From Polyangiales bacterium (lineage in GTDB: Bacteria > Myxococcota_A > Polyangia > Polyangiales > Polyangiaceae), in the NCBI GenBank assembly GCA_038231275.1, contig JBBRLQ010000004.1, positions 335,960 through 399,959 of the forward strand: DNA of 64,000 bases. Reading direction: 5' to 3'. A program made the position numbers and the translations under genes. A model generated the notes under the pieces. It saw only the letters and a program-made list of their open reading frames with translations. It did no database searches and was not told the DNA's origin. Positions 1-9,136 of the stretch are shown here, one piece after another. Position 1 is the stretch's first letter. Each line of letters starts with the position of its first letter.

Positions 1-2
1 CT

Positions 3-413
3 GCCCTTCGCGCGCGCGCGGACGATATCCCGATGCTCGCCGCCGCGTTCCTCGCGCGCGCGGGCAGCGACGGGACGCTGGCGCCCGACGCCGTGGACGC
101 GCTCACGGCGTACGCGTGGCCCGGGAACGTCCGCGAGCTGCTCCATCACATGCAGCGCCTCGCCGCCGCGGGCCTCGAGCGCGTCGAGATCGAGCACCTC
201 CCGCGCGATCTGCGCGGCGCGATCCCGCTTCATTCGCGGCGTGACGACGCCTCGCGCGAGTCGCGGGAGCGCGCCGAGGTGACGCGCGCCCTCGCGGCGA
301 CCGGGGGAAACATCACCCACGCCGCCGCGCGCTTGGGGCTCACGCGTCACGGCCTCAAGAAGCGAATGTTGCGGCTCGGCATGCGCGCCGCGCTTCCGGT
401 TGGTAAGAGATAG
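3..413 (+). CDS. sigma54-dependent transcriptional activator, C-terminal part (truncated by window start)
   Basis: LRARADDIP...YAWPGNVREL end of the AAA+ domain, then a Fis-type HTH (GGNITHAAARLGLTRHGLKKRM). Confidence 0.9.
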   Translation, partial: ALRARADDIPMLAAAFLARAGSDGTLAPDAVDALTAYAWPGNVRELLHHMQRLAAAGLERVEIEHLPRDLRGAIPLHSRRDDASRESRERAEVTRALAATGGNITHAAARLGLTRHGLKKRMLRLGMRAALPVGKR

Positions 414-420
414 GAGTCCC

Positions 421-1575
421 ATGCGCGCGCTCGCCATCGCCCTCACGCTGTCCGCTCCGCCGCTCGCCTTCGCGTGCAGCGTCGCAAAGAGCACGGTCAC
501 GCCGGGCGCCGGCGCCGACGGCGGAGGGATCGCAGCAGAGGACGCGAGCGCGGTCGACGCCGGGGATCCCTCCCCTGCGGCGACGTGCAGCGCGCCGCTC
601 CCCGCGGGCATTCTCCTCCCAAGCGTCGACCTCCTCGGGCATCCCCCCTATGCCGCCGACGGGTGCACGCTCGTCTACGTGGCCAGCGCGGCCTCCGGCG
701 CCGGCGAGCTCCGCGCGCGCGATCTCACGACCGGCGCGGAGACGGTCCTCGCCCCCGCCTCCGAGTCACCGCGAAGGCCGACGATCGCCGGCGACGTGAT
801 CGCGTGGGAGGCCATGGACGGCGCGACGGCGATCGTGCGCGTCCGTACGGCGGGCGCGACGTTCACCGTGTCGGGCCCGTTCGATCACGCGGGCGAGGCA
901 CGCGCTGCCGCGGACGCCGTCGTCTTCACGGGGTGGCGCAGCGCAGACCCGGTCGGCGATACCGACGTGTTCGTCGTCGACGCCGTGACGCGTGCCGCGC
1001 GACTGGTCCTCGGAGGTCCGGGACAGCAGCGCTTCGCGGACATCTCGAGAGGCGCGATCGCGGCGACGGATTTTTCGGAGGATCCCGACGGGACCTTCAA
1101 CGACAACGAGACCGACCTCGCCGACGTCGTCCTCTTCGATCGCGCGACGTCGCAAGTCACGCGGCGTCCGCGCACGGGAAAACAAGCCTTTCCGATGATC
1201 GCGTCGCCGACCCGCCTCGGCTACCTCGACTGGGCCACGGTGCACCCCGAGCCGAAGCTGGCGGCGTACGTTCTTCGCGTTGGAGACATGGCCGGTCCTG
1301 CGGAGGCCGACGTCACCCTCGCCACCGTGACCGACGCGAGCGGGCAGTACGTCCTACCGTCGGGCCGCAACGGCGTCATCGAGTGGGTGCAGAGGCCGAT
1401 GGGCGCTAGCCCCGCATTGTTCAAGGCGCCCGCCGATCTCTCGAGCCCCGCCGCCGCCGTCCCCGGGCTCGACGGCCTCGAGCTCTTCGCGCCTGCGCTG
1501 GCGGCGTCGTTCACCCTGCTCGGCACGCGCGCGTCGGGCTCGACCGACGTGGTCCTCACGGCGATCGCGCGCTGA
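421..1575 (+). CDS. Lipoprotein with probable TolB-like beta-propeller
   Basis: AGGAG before ATG 421; signal peptide ending AFAC; repeated propeller-like strands (RPTIAGDVIAWE, ADISRGAIAATD). Confidence 0.6.
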   Translation: MRALAIALTLSAPPLAFACSVAKSTVTPGAGADGGGIAAEDASAVDAGDPSPAATCSAPLPAGILLPSVDLLGHPPYAADGCTLVYVASAASGAGELRARDLTTGAETVLAPASESPRRPTIAGDVIAWEAMDGATAIVRVRTAGATFTVSGPFDHAGEARAAADAVVFTGWRSADPVGDTDVFVVDAVTRAARLVLGGPGQQRFADISRGAIAATDFSEDPDGTFNDNETDLADVVLFDRATSQVTRRPRTGKQAFPMIASPTRLGYLDWATVHPEPKLAAYVLRVGDMAGPAEADVTLATVTDASGQYVLPSGRNGVIEWVQRPMGASPALFKAPADLSSPAAAVPGLDGLELFAPALAASFTLLGTRASGSTDVVLTAIAR

Positions 1576-2719
1576 TCTGGCCGCGCCGCGCGACGAACGA
1601 GTCGCTCTTCCCCGCGCCCGCCACCGGCACCATCCTCCCGCGCACCTCGTCCGCCGCGAGCTCGAGGAGGACGAAATGCGTCGTCCCCTCGACGAACACC
1701 TTCGTCCCCGCGTCGCGCGTCGCGGGCGCCGCCTCGTGATGGAACGGAGCCCCTCCCCCGCCCGTGATGATGTGCGTCACGGCGTGACCACCGCGCCCTG
1801 GATGCTCGAGGCGCTCGTACGCGTGCGAGTGACCCGCGACGACGAGCGCGATGTCGTGCTTGTCGAGGATCTCCTCGGCGATCCGCGTCCGCACCGTCGG
1901 CGACGGCTCGTCCTCTGCGGTCGAGGAGTACGCGGGCAGGTGCATCGCCACGATCGACCTGAGCCCCTTTGCGTCGGCGTCGGCGAGGCTCGCCTCGAGC
2001 CACTTCAGCTGGCGGCCGCCGGCATCGATCGGATCGAGATCGCCGAAGAGATCGTCGCCGGTGTCGAGCGCGTGGACACGGTAACCACCAATTTCTACTG
2101 AAAAGAAGAGACCGACGTCACCTCGATCGGGCGTTTCGTTCGAAACGAAGAGCCGCGCCAGCTCGCGCCGATCGGCCTGGTGGTACTCGTCGTGGTTGCC
2201 AGGCACGAACACGAACGGAACGCGATCGGAGAGCCGCAGCGGCGCCGTGTCCGCGAGAAAGCCATTCCAGCCATCGGCATCGCGCGGAGGCGCGAACGGA
2301 CGCCCGATCGTCTCGTGAATGAGCGCCGGAAACGGCACGAGCGACGCGAGCATCACGACGGGGTAGCCGCGCTGGACCTGCGGCCAGAACGGCAGGAGGT
2401 ACGTCGCGAGACCGAAGTCGGGCATGTGCCCGACGGGATAACAACGGAGCGCGTCCCCGGTGAACACGACGAGATCGGGTCGGGCGGCGCGAATGGCCTC
2501 GACGACGGCGCGGTGCTTCTCACGTTCGCCGCGTACGTCTCCATAAACGGCGACGCGCACGGGCTCGGCGCTCGTGCGGGCCGCGACCGGGACGGACGCA
2601 CGGCCGGTGAACGGATCGAGCCAACGAGGATCCGTCGCCACGTGCGTGAGCGGTCCGCCGCATGCGACGACGAACGTCGAGACGACAGCCGCTCCGGTCA
2701 GACGCCAGACTCTCCGCAT
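1556..2719 (-). CDS. Calcineurin-like metallophosphoesterase lipoprotein (purple acid phosphatase-like)
   Basis: Motifs YGD, TGD, PGNHD, MH, GHSHAYER; lipobox VVAC after ATG 2719. Confidence 0.85.
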   Translation of the reverse strand: MRRVWRLTGAAVVSTFVVACGGPLTHVATDPRWLDPFTGRASVPVAARTSAEPVRVAVYGDVRGEREKHRAVVEAIRAARPDLVVFTGDALRCYPVGHMPDFGLATYLLPFWPQVQRGYPVVMLASLVPFPALIHETIGRPFAPPRDADGWNGFLADTAPLRLSDRVPFVFVPGNHDEYHQADRRELARLFVSNETPDRGDVGLFFSVEIGGYRVHALDTGDDLFGDLDPIDAGGRQLKWLEASLADADAKGLRSIVAMHLPAYSSTAEDEPSPTVRTRIAEEILDKHDIALVVAGHSHAYERLEHPGRGGHAVTHIITGGGGAPFHHEAAPATRDAGTKVFVEGTTHFVLLELAADEVRGRMVPVAGAGKSDSFVARRGQISARSP

Positions 2720-2846
2720 CGCACTTACGTTCGACGGTCCGTTCGCGCCTGTCACCACAATTTCATTTTCGAGCGCGCGCCGCGACGGCTCGACCGCTTG
2801 ACGAAGGCGATCTCGCGAACCATGTTGGAGCAAAGGTAGACGACCG

Positions 2847-2945
2847 ATGACCGCCCGCGCACTCCAGCCCAACTGTCTCATCCCCGTTTGCGGGATGGAC
2901 ACGAGCTGCGCGAGCGGCTCGAGCCCGCGTACGCGCGGGCAGTAG
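2847..2945 (+). CDS. Candidate 32-aa leader peptide upstream of the MATE gene (MTARALQPNCLIPVCGMDTSCASGSSPRTRGQ)
   Basis: AAGG SD-like sequence before ATG 2847; TAG 2943-2945 lies 10 nt before a long hairpin covering the MATE RBS. Confidence 0.4.
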   Translation: MTARALQPNCLIPVCGMDTSCASGSSPRTRGQ

Positions 2946-2954
2946 TCGTCGCCC

Positions 2955-3043
2955 ACGTCCTCTCCGAACACGGAGCCCCCGAGACGCCTGGCGATGTGAG
3001 CCTGGTGGACGGTGGACTTCGGGGCTCCGCGGAAGAGAGACGT
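2955..3043 (+). promoter_or_regulatory. Long RNA hairpin occluding the MATE ribosome-binding site
   Basis: CGGAGCCCC (2971-2979) pairs with GGGGCTCCG (3021-3029); ACGTCCTCTCC (2955-2965) pairs imperfectly with GGAAGAGAGACGT (3031-3043), just before ATG 3048. Confidence 0.55.
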
Positions 3044-3047
3044 CGTC

Positions 3048-4511
3048 ATGCCTCGGTGGACTCTGTTGCATCGTCTGAAACGAAGGGTCGCTGTCGCGCG
3101 CCGAGCAAGGCGGTGGGCGCGCGGGCGACCCGAAAAGGCCCTATTTTACCGCGCGGCGGCGGAGGTCTCACGCCTCGCGTGGCCCATCGCGGCCGCCATG
3201 TTGGGCGAAGTAGCGATCGGCCTCGTCGATACGAAGCTCGTCGGAGCCCTCGGCGCGGAGGCGATCGGCGGCGTCGGCGTCGCGAACGTCCTGATGTTCC
3301 TCGGGTACTCGATCGTCTTCGGGTTGATGCGCGGCGTGAAGATACGGACCGCGTACTCCGTAGGCCGCGGCGCACCCGAGGAGGGTGCTCGGTACGCGCT
3401 CGCCGGCGTCGTGATGGGCGGCGCGATCGGGACCGTCCTCTTCGTCCTCGCGCGCGATGCGTCTCCCGTGCTCACGCTGCTCGGCGTCGACGGGGCGCTC
3501 GTGCCGTACGGCCGCGACTTCTTGGCGGCGGTCACCTGCGGCGCGCCGGCGACGTGCGCGCTCACGGCGCTGGTTCAACATCGGCAGGGCGTCGGTGATT
3601 CTCGTACGCCGATGATCGTCGGACTCGCCGGCAACCTCGTGAACGCAATGCTGGCGTGGTCGCTCATTTACGGCCACTTGGGCCTACCTGCGCTCGGCGT
3701 GAGTGGCGGCGGCTACGGCACCGCGATCACCGAGTGGCTCGAGCTCGTCGTGATGCTCGGCCTCCTGTTGCGAGACGCGCGGCGCGACAGCCACGCGATC
3801 CGTGTCTCGTCTCGTGTCTCGGCCCGCGCTAGCCGCCTCTCCCTCCGCGTCGCCGCGCGCGAGGTCTGCGAGCTGGGATTGCCGACCGGCGCGCAGTTCG
3901 GCGCGGAGATGCTCGCGTTCACCGCCTTCACCGCGATCCTAGGCGGACTCGGCCGCGTCGAGATTGCGGCGCACCAGATCGCGCTCGCGACGATCCGCGT
4001 CTCGTTCCTCCCCGGCATCGCGATCGGAGAGGCCGCGAGCGTCCTCGTCGGCCAAGCGCTGGCGACCCGAAGGCTCGCAAGCGCCGATCGCATCACCGGC
4101 GCGGCCGTCGCGGTCGCGGTCGCGTTCATGGCGGCGTGTGGAATCGCCTTCGCGACGCTCGGCAGCGTGATCGCGCGCGCGTTCACGCCCGACGCGGAGG
4201 TCAGGCACGTCGTCGTGCGCCTTCTCATGGTCGCCGCGGTGTTCCAGGTGCTCGACGCGGCAAACATCGTCCTCCGCGGCGCGCTGCGCGGAGCGAAGGA
4301 CGTGCGCGTGCCGGCGTACATCGGAATCGGCGTCATCTGGACGTGCGTACCGACCGCCGCGTACGTCCTCGGCAAGCTCGCCGGCTGGGGCGCGGTCGGC
4401 GGCTGGGTCGGCTTCATCGGAGAGACCGTCTTCGCGACGATCCTTTTCACCTGGCGCTGGCGACGGGGCGCGTGGCGGCTCGCAGAAAACTTGCGATCGG
4501 AGGCGAGGTGA
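3048..4511 (+). CDS. MATE family efflux transporter
   Basis: RLAWP...VDTKLVGALG, GVGDSRTPM, IAAHQIA, GALRGAKD; about 12 TM segments. Confidence 0.93.
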   Translation: MPRWTLLHRLKRRVAVARRARRWARGRPEKALFYRAAAEVSRLAWPIAAAMLGEVAIGLVDTKLVGALGAEAIGGVGVANVLMFLGYSIVFGLMRGVKIRTAYSVGRGAPEEGARYALAGVVMGGAIGTVLFVLARDASPVLTLLGVDGALVPYGRDFLAAVTCGAPATCALTALVQHRQGVGDSRTPMIVGLAGNLVNAMLAWSLIYGHLGLPALGVSGGGYGTAITEWLELVVMLGLLLRDARRDSHAIRVSSRVSARASRLSLRVAAREVCELGLPTGAQFGAEMLAFTAFTAILGGLGRVEIAAHQIALATIRVSFLPGIAIGEAASVLVGQALATRRLASADRITGAAVAVAVAFMAACGIAFATLGSVIARAFTPDAEVRHVVVRLLMVAAVFQVLDAANIVLRGALRGAKDVRVPAYIGIGVIWTCVPTAAYVLGKLAGWGAVGGWVGFIGETVFATILFTWRWRRGAWRLAENLRSEAR

Positions 4512-4657
4512 GCCGTTGTAGATCCATCGTGGATCCTGTACGGTGCAAAACTACAGTGTCAGCGGTGAAATCCCTGCCTGGTTTGTAGTCTCGTAACGAT
4601 ACATGGATCCAGGGCTTTTCGCCGCAGCGTGCAAGGTGCGCGGTACTGCGGGGGGTG

Positions 4658-4673
4658 TGGCACGAGCCCTGCT
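4658..4673 (+). promoter_or_regulatory. sigma54 -24/-12 promoter of the MYXO-CTERM gene
   Basis: TGGCACGAGCCCTGCT, exact GG-N10-GC spacing, near consensus. Confidence 0.75.
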
Positions 4674-4769
4674 TATGTCCGACTCAGTGGGTGTACATCC
4701 TACACTGAGCGACATGGGTGGGCCACGAGTGACGATGATGCGGGCAGTCGGGCCCGCACGGAGAAGATC

Positions 4770-6290
4770 ATGAAATCGATTCGTAGCCTCGCGTTTCGTT
4801 TCGGCCTCAGCACGCTCGCCGTGGCGGCCACCTCGCTGGTCGGGGGCGCCGCTCGCGCGGACAGCACGCCGAGCCCGTCGGGGAAATGCGAGACCACGCT
4901 CCAGTGCTCGTCGGGGAACGCGTCGCTTCGCGCCCAGGGCCGCGGACCGTTCGTCACGACTGTGAGCACCGGATGGCTGCCGGCGTGCACGACGCCCGAT
5001 CCGAAGGGCCACTGCATCGGGGATCAGGACCTCCAGTTCCGCGCGGACATCGCGCTCAACGCGCCCGAGGATCCGGCGCAGATGCTCTACGACGTCGACA
5101 TGCGCAAGGGCGCGATCGTCGACGTGACGTGGCCCGACACCGACTCACTCACGCTGAAGCTCGCGGGCGGCGCGCAGACGGACGGCAACTTCGTCATCCA
5201 GCACACGCTCACGCCGAACGTCGGCGTCTACGTCGGCAAGGTCGGTCCCTTCAGCCTCGATAAGGAGTGGAACTGGGACGCGTCGGTGCTCGTTCAAGGC
5301 GCACCCGGCGCGCACTGGAACTACCTCGGCACCGGCACCTCGCAGTTCCTGCCGTGGGCGCTCGGCGGCACGTCGGTCGACGTAAAGGGACCCGATCTTG
5401 CCAACTCCCAGCTCTTCTCGGTCCCGCTCCAGAGCCTGCCCGGTCTGAGCGGGATCCTCGAAGGCACGCTCGGCATGAGCGCGACCACCTCGCCGACGTT
5501 CACGTACAAGACGACGAAGGTGAACTTCACCGGCGTCGGCACGACGATCACCCAGGCGACCCCGAGCGCGAAGATCAAGGTGCAGAACGCCGACGCGATC
5601 GATCTCTTCGCGAGTGTCGAAGGTGAGCTCACGTTCACGGGAACGATGGAAGTCCTCCCCGTCCTGACGATCACGAAGATCTACTCGCTCGCGATCAACA
5701 TCCAGATCCCGATCAGCATCGGCGCCAAGACCGACTACGACAGCGGCAAGACGCCGTACGTTGTGACGTTCCCCGGCACCAAGATCCACGTGCCGCTCCC
5801 GAACCTCTCCGTGCCGAACGACCTCATCGACTTCGGGACGATCAAGACGGGATCCCAGGCAGAGAAGAAGATCACCGTCAACAACACCGGCGAGCTCGGC
5901 GCGATCCTCAGCATCGAGAGCTCGGACCCGGCGTTCGTCGTCCCGTCGCCGCAAGCGCAGATGACGCAGAAGTCCACGTCCGATCTCGTCGTGCGCTACC
6001 AGCCGACCAAGGACGGGCCGGCGACGGCGACCATCACGGTGAAGTCGAACGATCCCGACGCGCCGGTCCAGACTTTCGACGTGAAGGGCAACGCCGAGCC
6101 GACCGCCGCCGCGCCGCCGCCCGGCAACACCGGTACGACGGAGCCGCCGGTGCCTGCCGCGCAGCCCGCCTCGAACAGCGGATGCGGCTGCCGCGTGACC
6201 TCGCCGACGATGTCCGGCGAAGCCGGGACGGCACTCCTCGGCCTCGCGGCCCTCGCGATCGTCCGCCGCCGCCGCACGTCGAAGAAGTAA
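4770..6290 (+). CDS. Secreted surface protein with an Ig-like (ASH/choice-of-anchor D) domain and MYXO-CTERM sorting signal
   Basis: Signal peptide (AARA-D); DFGTIKTG...ITVNNTG...SNDPD Ig-like domain; C-terminal SGCGCRV...LLGLAALAIVRRRR. Confidence 0.85.
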   Translation: MKSIRSLAFRFGLSTLAVAATSLVGGAARADSTPSPSGKCETTLQCSSGNASLRAQGRGPFVTTVSTGWLPACTTPDPKGHCIGDQDLQFRADIALNAPEDPAQMLYDVDMRKGAIVDVTWPDTDSLTLKLAGGAQTDGNFVIQHTLTPNVGVYVGKVGPFSLDKEWNWDASVLVQGAPGAHWNYLGTGTSQFLPWALGGTSVDVKGPDLANSQLFSVPLQSLPGLSGILEGTLGMSATTSPTFTYKTTKVNFTGVGTTITQATPSAKIKVQNADAIDLFASVEGELTFTGTMEVLPVLTITKIYSLAINIQIPISIGAKTDYDSGKTPYVVTFPGTKIHVPLPNLSVPNDLIDFGTIKTGSQAEKKITVNNTGELGAILSIESSDPAFVVPSPQAQMTQKSTSDLVVRYQPTKDGPATATITVKSNDPDAPVQTFDVKGNAEPTAAAPPPGNTGTTEPPVPAAQPASNSGCGCRVTSPTMSGEAGTALLGLAALAIVRRRRTSKK

Positions 6291-6318
6291 GCGCGCACCT
6301 TCGCGCTCGTTTTGCGGT

Positions 6319-6347
6319 ACGGGCTGCCTCTTCGTGAGGCGGCCCGT
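6319..6347 (+). terminator. Hairpin after the MYXO-CTERM gene
   Basis: ACGGGCTGCCTC-TTCGT-GAGGCGGCCCGT, 12-bp stem with one G-U pair; weak U-tract. Confidence 0.55.
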
Positions 6348-6384
6348 TCGCGTATCTGGCGCCCGTCGCTTTGCTCCGAACTGC

Positions 6385-6397
6385 GTAACCAGGTTAC
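6385..6397. promoter_or_regulatory. Palindromic operator, likely GntR autoregulation
   Basis: GTAACC-A-GGTTAC perfect inverted repeat 3 nt before the GntR start. Confidence 0.5.
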
Positions 6398-6400
6398 TCT

Positions 6401-7132
6401 GTGAGCACGATGCCGCGCCCCGCCGCCGTGAAGCCGCCGCCTCTCGAGTGGGCGCAGCCTCCCGAGTCGCAGGCGCGGATGCGCGCGGCCGATCACGTCT
6501 TCGAGGCCGTCGCTGGCGCCATCCTCCAAGGCAAGGTGGCGCCGGGTGACGCGCTTCCGCCGGAGCGCGAGCTGGCGATGCGCTTCGACATCTCGCGCGT
6601 GCTCGTGCGTGAGGCGATCCACAAGCTGAAGGAGCTGGGTCTGGTCCGCGTTCGGCAAGGCGGGCAGACGATCGTCCTCGATCCGGAGCTCTCGACCGAC
6701 CCGCGCGTGACGATGCTCAACTTCGAGCTCGCCGCGCCGATGGGCGCCGCGGTGCGCGACATGGCCGAGCGCCAGCTCGTGCAGGGAATGGTGCTCCTCG
6801 AGCTCGCGGAGCCGAGGTGCGTGACCGCCAACATCGACGAGCTAGACAAGACGATCGACGACTACGCAGCGGCGGGCACAGAGGCGGCGCCGATGTTCAT
6901 CATGCAGTTCTGGACGACGGTCGCGAAGGCCACGCAGAACCAGATCCTGCTTCGCGAGACGCGCTTCTGGTTCCAGCTCGCGTCGCGACGAATGGGCGGC
7001 GCGCCTCCCGGAATGTCGCTCACCCACGAAGAGCGCCTCGCGATGCACCGCGGCGTCACCGAGCGCCTGCGCCGTCGCGGGGGCGCCTCCGATTACTACA
7101 TGTCGATCATGCGAAAGCACCTCGCGCGCTGA
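6401..7132 (+). CDS. GntR/FadR family transcriptional regulator
   Basis: PGDALPPERELAMRFDISRVLVREA wHTH plus FCD-like C-terminus. Confidence 0.92.
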   Translation: MSTMPRPAAVKPPPLEWAQPPESQARMRAADHVFEAVAGAILQGKVAPGDALPPERELAMRFDISRVLVREAIHKLKELGLVRVRQGGQTIVLDPELSTDPRVTMLNFELAAPMGAAVRDMAERQLVQGMVLLELAEPRCVTANIDELDKTIDDYAAAGTEAAPMFIMQFWTTVAKATQNQILLRETRFWFQLASRRMGGAPPGMSLTHEERLAMHRGVTERLRRRGGASDYYMSIMRKHLAR

Positions 7133-7256
7133 TCGAACCGTCGCGTTCGAATTTTACACGCCCGGCTGCAGCGCGGACTGGACATGGTGATCCAGTTTGC
7201 ATGGAGGCCGCGAGGGCGAGACGCGTAAAAGAAGCGCAAACTCCCTAAAAACAGGC

Positions 7257-7272
7257 TGGCGCGCCGGTTGCT
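7257..7272 (+). promoter_or_regulatory. sigma54 -24/-12 promoter, with candidate enhancer ACTGGA-N8-TCCAGT at 7177-7196
   Basis: TGGCGCGCCGGTTGCT, GG-N10-GC; inverted repeat about 90-105 bp upstream of the inferred TSS. Confidence 0.65.
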
Positions 7273-7300
7273 GAGGACCCTTCAGTGAAAGAGGGTAACC

Positions 7301-7786
7301 ATGTTGCGCTGCTGGAAAATTCTCGGAGGAGCCGCGTGGTTGGCTGCGACAGGATGCTCGTCGCCCGATCCGTCGCAGCTCTTGTCCTCCTCGTCGCGGG
7401 GGCCTGGCCGCGCGGGGACCTCGGCGCCGCAGGACGCAGGCACGCAAGGCGCGACGACGACGCCTTCCACTCCACCGAGCGCGCCGCCACCCCCTTCCCT
7501 CCCGAGCACGGACGCGAGCGCGGGCGGCGTTCCGCTGACCGCCGATGCTTCGCCCCCGCCGCCGACTCCCAACGGATCGTGCGCCACGCCGAAATGCGGC
7601 GCGACCACCGACGGGTGCGGCTGCGTCGCCAAGACGGATCAAGGCGACGTGGTCGTCCTCGGCTGCGATGGGACGGGCTGCGTGTGCGGCCGCGGACAGA
7701 CCGTCGATCAACAATTCGCGCAAAGCGGCGCGTGCGACTCCGACGCGACGATGCTCGCGGCGTGGGCGAGCTGCACCTGCCCCTGA
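7301..7786 (+). CDS. Small Cys-rich lipoprotein
   Basis: GAGGG RBS; lipobox ATGC; Pro/Thr linker; C-terminal domain with about 10 Cys. Confidence 0.7.
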   Translation: MLRCWKILGGAAWLAATGCSSPDPSQLLSSSSRGPGRAGTSAPQDAGTQGATTTPSTPPSAPPPPSLPSTDASAGGVPLTADASPPPPTPNGSCATPKCGATTDGCGCVAKTDQGDVVVLGCDGTGCVCGRGQTVDQQFAQSGACDSDATMLAAWASCTCP

Positions 7787-7902
7787 AACGCGCACGCTCC
7801 GGCCCTACACCGCTCCATTCGAAAAGAGACGAGAAGTGGACGAAGTGCCCCGCTTTGCAGCGTTTTCGGGCGCCGCGGCGACGAAGTGCTAGAGCTTGGA
7901 TC

Positions 7903-8715
7903 TTGCGAACGCACGGATCCAGCTTGAGGCGTAGCCTCTCCCTTCTCGTGGTCGCCGCGTGCGGGGGTACGACGCACATCGTCATCGACGGGGACGGCGG
8001 CTCCACCCCTCCGCCTCCTCCCCCGAACGACGCAGGGGCGGACTCGACGACGCCTCCACCGGACAGCGGCCCCACGCCCGACGGCGGCCCCGGTGACGAC
8101 GCCGGACCCAAGGACTCTGGACCCGCGCCAACCGGCTGGGACGGCGGATTTCCGGGACCGATCACGTGCCCGGGCCCCGGAACGTGGATCAACAACGGCG
8201 GCGCCGGCTGCGGCGCGGAGCGCTGGACGATCAAGACCGGCACCGACACGGCCGCCGCGGGCATCAGCCTCCTCCCGAAGCTGACGACGATCCAGGATTT
8301 GCAGCTGATTCCCGCGCCCACCACCTTCCCGCAGACGACGCGCATCGCGCCAACGGAGAAGACGGTCTTCGCGCTCAAGGACGTGCGCCTCGCGTTCGGG
8401 CGCCTCGAAGGCGACAGCGACTATCACCTGATGCTGAGCGATCTGGTCCGGACGATCATCACGGAAATTCCCTTCCCCGGGGGCTGCACGGACGGCAGCT
8501 CGTGGCAGTGCCTCATCTCCCACGCGCGCTCCACCGTCGACGCGCAGAATCTCGGCATCACGAGCGCCGGGAAGAACTTCAACACGGTCGTATCGGTCAT
8601 CGGCGTCGGATTTTTCGATCCGGAGCACGGCCAGTACGGAGCCGCGCCGAACACCATCGAGCTTCACCCGCTGCTCGGCATCTGCTTCGGGGCCGGCTGC
8701 GATCCCAGCAAGTGA
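7903..8715 (+). CDS. Lipoprotein with conserved secreted domain (possibly OB-fold-like); start uncertain
   Basis: LLVVAAC lipobox; PDAG-type linker; ERWTIKTGTD, DSDYHL, GVGFFD, IELHP motifs. Confidence 0.65.
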   Translation: MRTHGSSLRRSLSLLVVAACGGTTHIVIDGDGGSTPPPPPPNDAGADSTTPPPDSGPTPDGGPGDDAGPKDSGPAPTGWDGGFPGPITCPGPGTWINNGGAGCGAERWTIKTGTDTAAAGISLLPKLTTIQDLQLIPAPTTFPQTTRIAPTEKTVFALKDVRLAFGRLEGDSDYHLMLSDLVRTIITEIPFPGGCTDGSSWQCLISHARSTVDAQNLGITSAGKNFNTVVSVIGVGFFDPEHGQYGAAPNTIELHPLLGICFGAGCDPSK

Positions 8716-8725
8716 CGAGTCGTTC

Positions 8726-9133
8726 GTGCGACCGGCGACCGTTCTCGGGGTGATCGCGGCCGCGGCGTTGCTCCTCGGGGCGATCGTCGGCGTCCGGCGG
8801 TGCAGCGACGACGCGAAGGCCGCCAAGCTGAAGGCGGTCGACGTCGAGGTCGCCTGTCCCGACGCGCGCCCCCTCGGGCCGGATTGCGCGCCGTGCATCG
8901 CCGCATTTTGCTGCGCGGAAATGCGCGTGTGCTACGGATCCAGCGATTGCATCGACCTGAATGACTGCTACGTCCGTTCAGGTGAAAATGAGGGGCAGGC
9001 AGGGACTCAGGGGTCCCGCGCTGCCGCGTGTTTGCGCGAACATTCGACTTCTGCAACGTCCTTCTTGGCATGGGACGGATGTGCGCGTAAGAACTGCGAG
9101 GACGTCTGCCCCCGCGGACCCGAGGAGGATTGA
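8726..9133 (+). CDS. Membrane-anchored Cys-rich hypothetical protein
   Basis: N-terminal TM helix; CxxCxxxxCC...C pattern; tight operon spacing. Confidence 0.6.
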   Translation: MRPATVLGVIAAAALLLGAIVGVRRCSDDAKAAKLKAVDVEVACPDARPLGPDCAPCIAAFCCAEMRVCYGSSDCIDLNDCYVRSGENEGQAGTQGSRAAACLREHSTSATSFLAWDGCARKNCEDVCPRGPEED

Positions 9134-9136
9134 GCC

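Noticed and set aside
2720-3049. 110-aa N-terminal extension of the metallophosphoesterase
   Set aside because: The signal peptide and lipobox start at ATG 2719; the upstream region is better explained as the divergent MATE leader.
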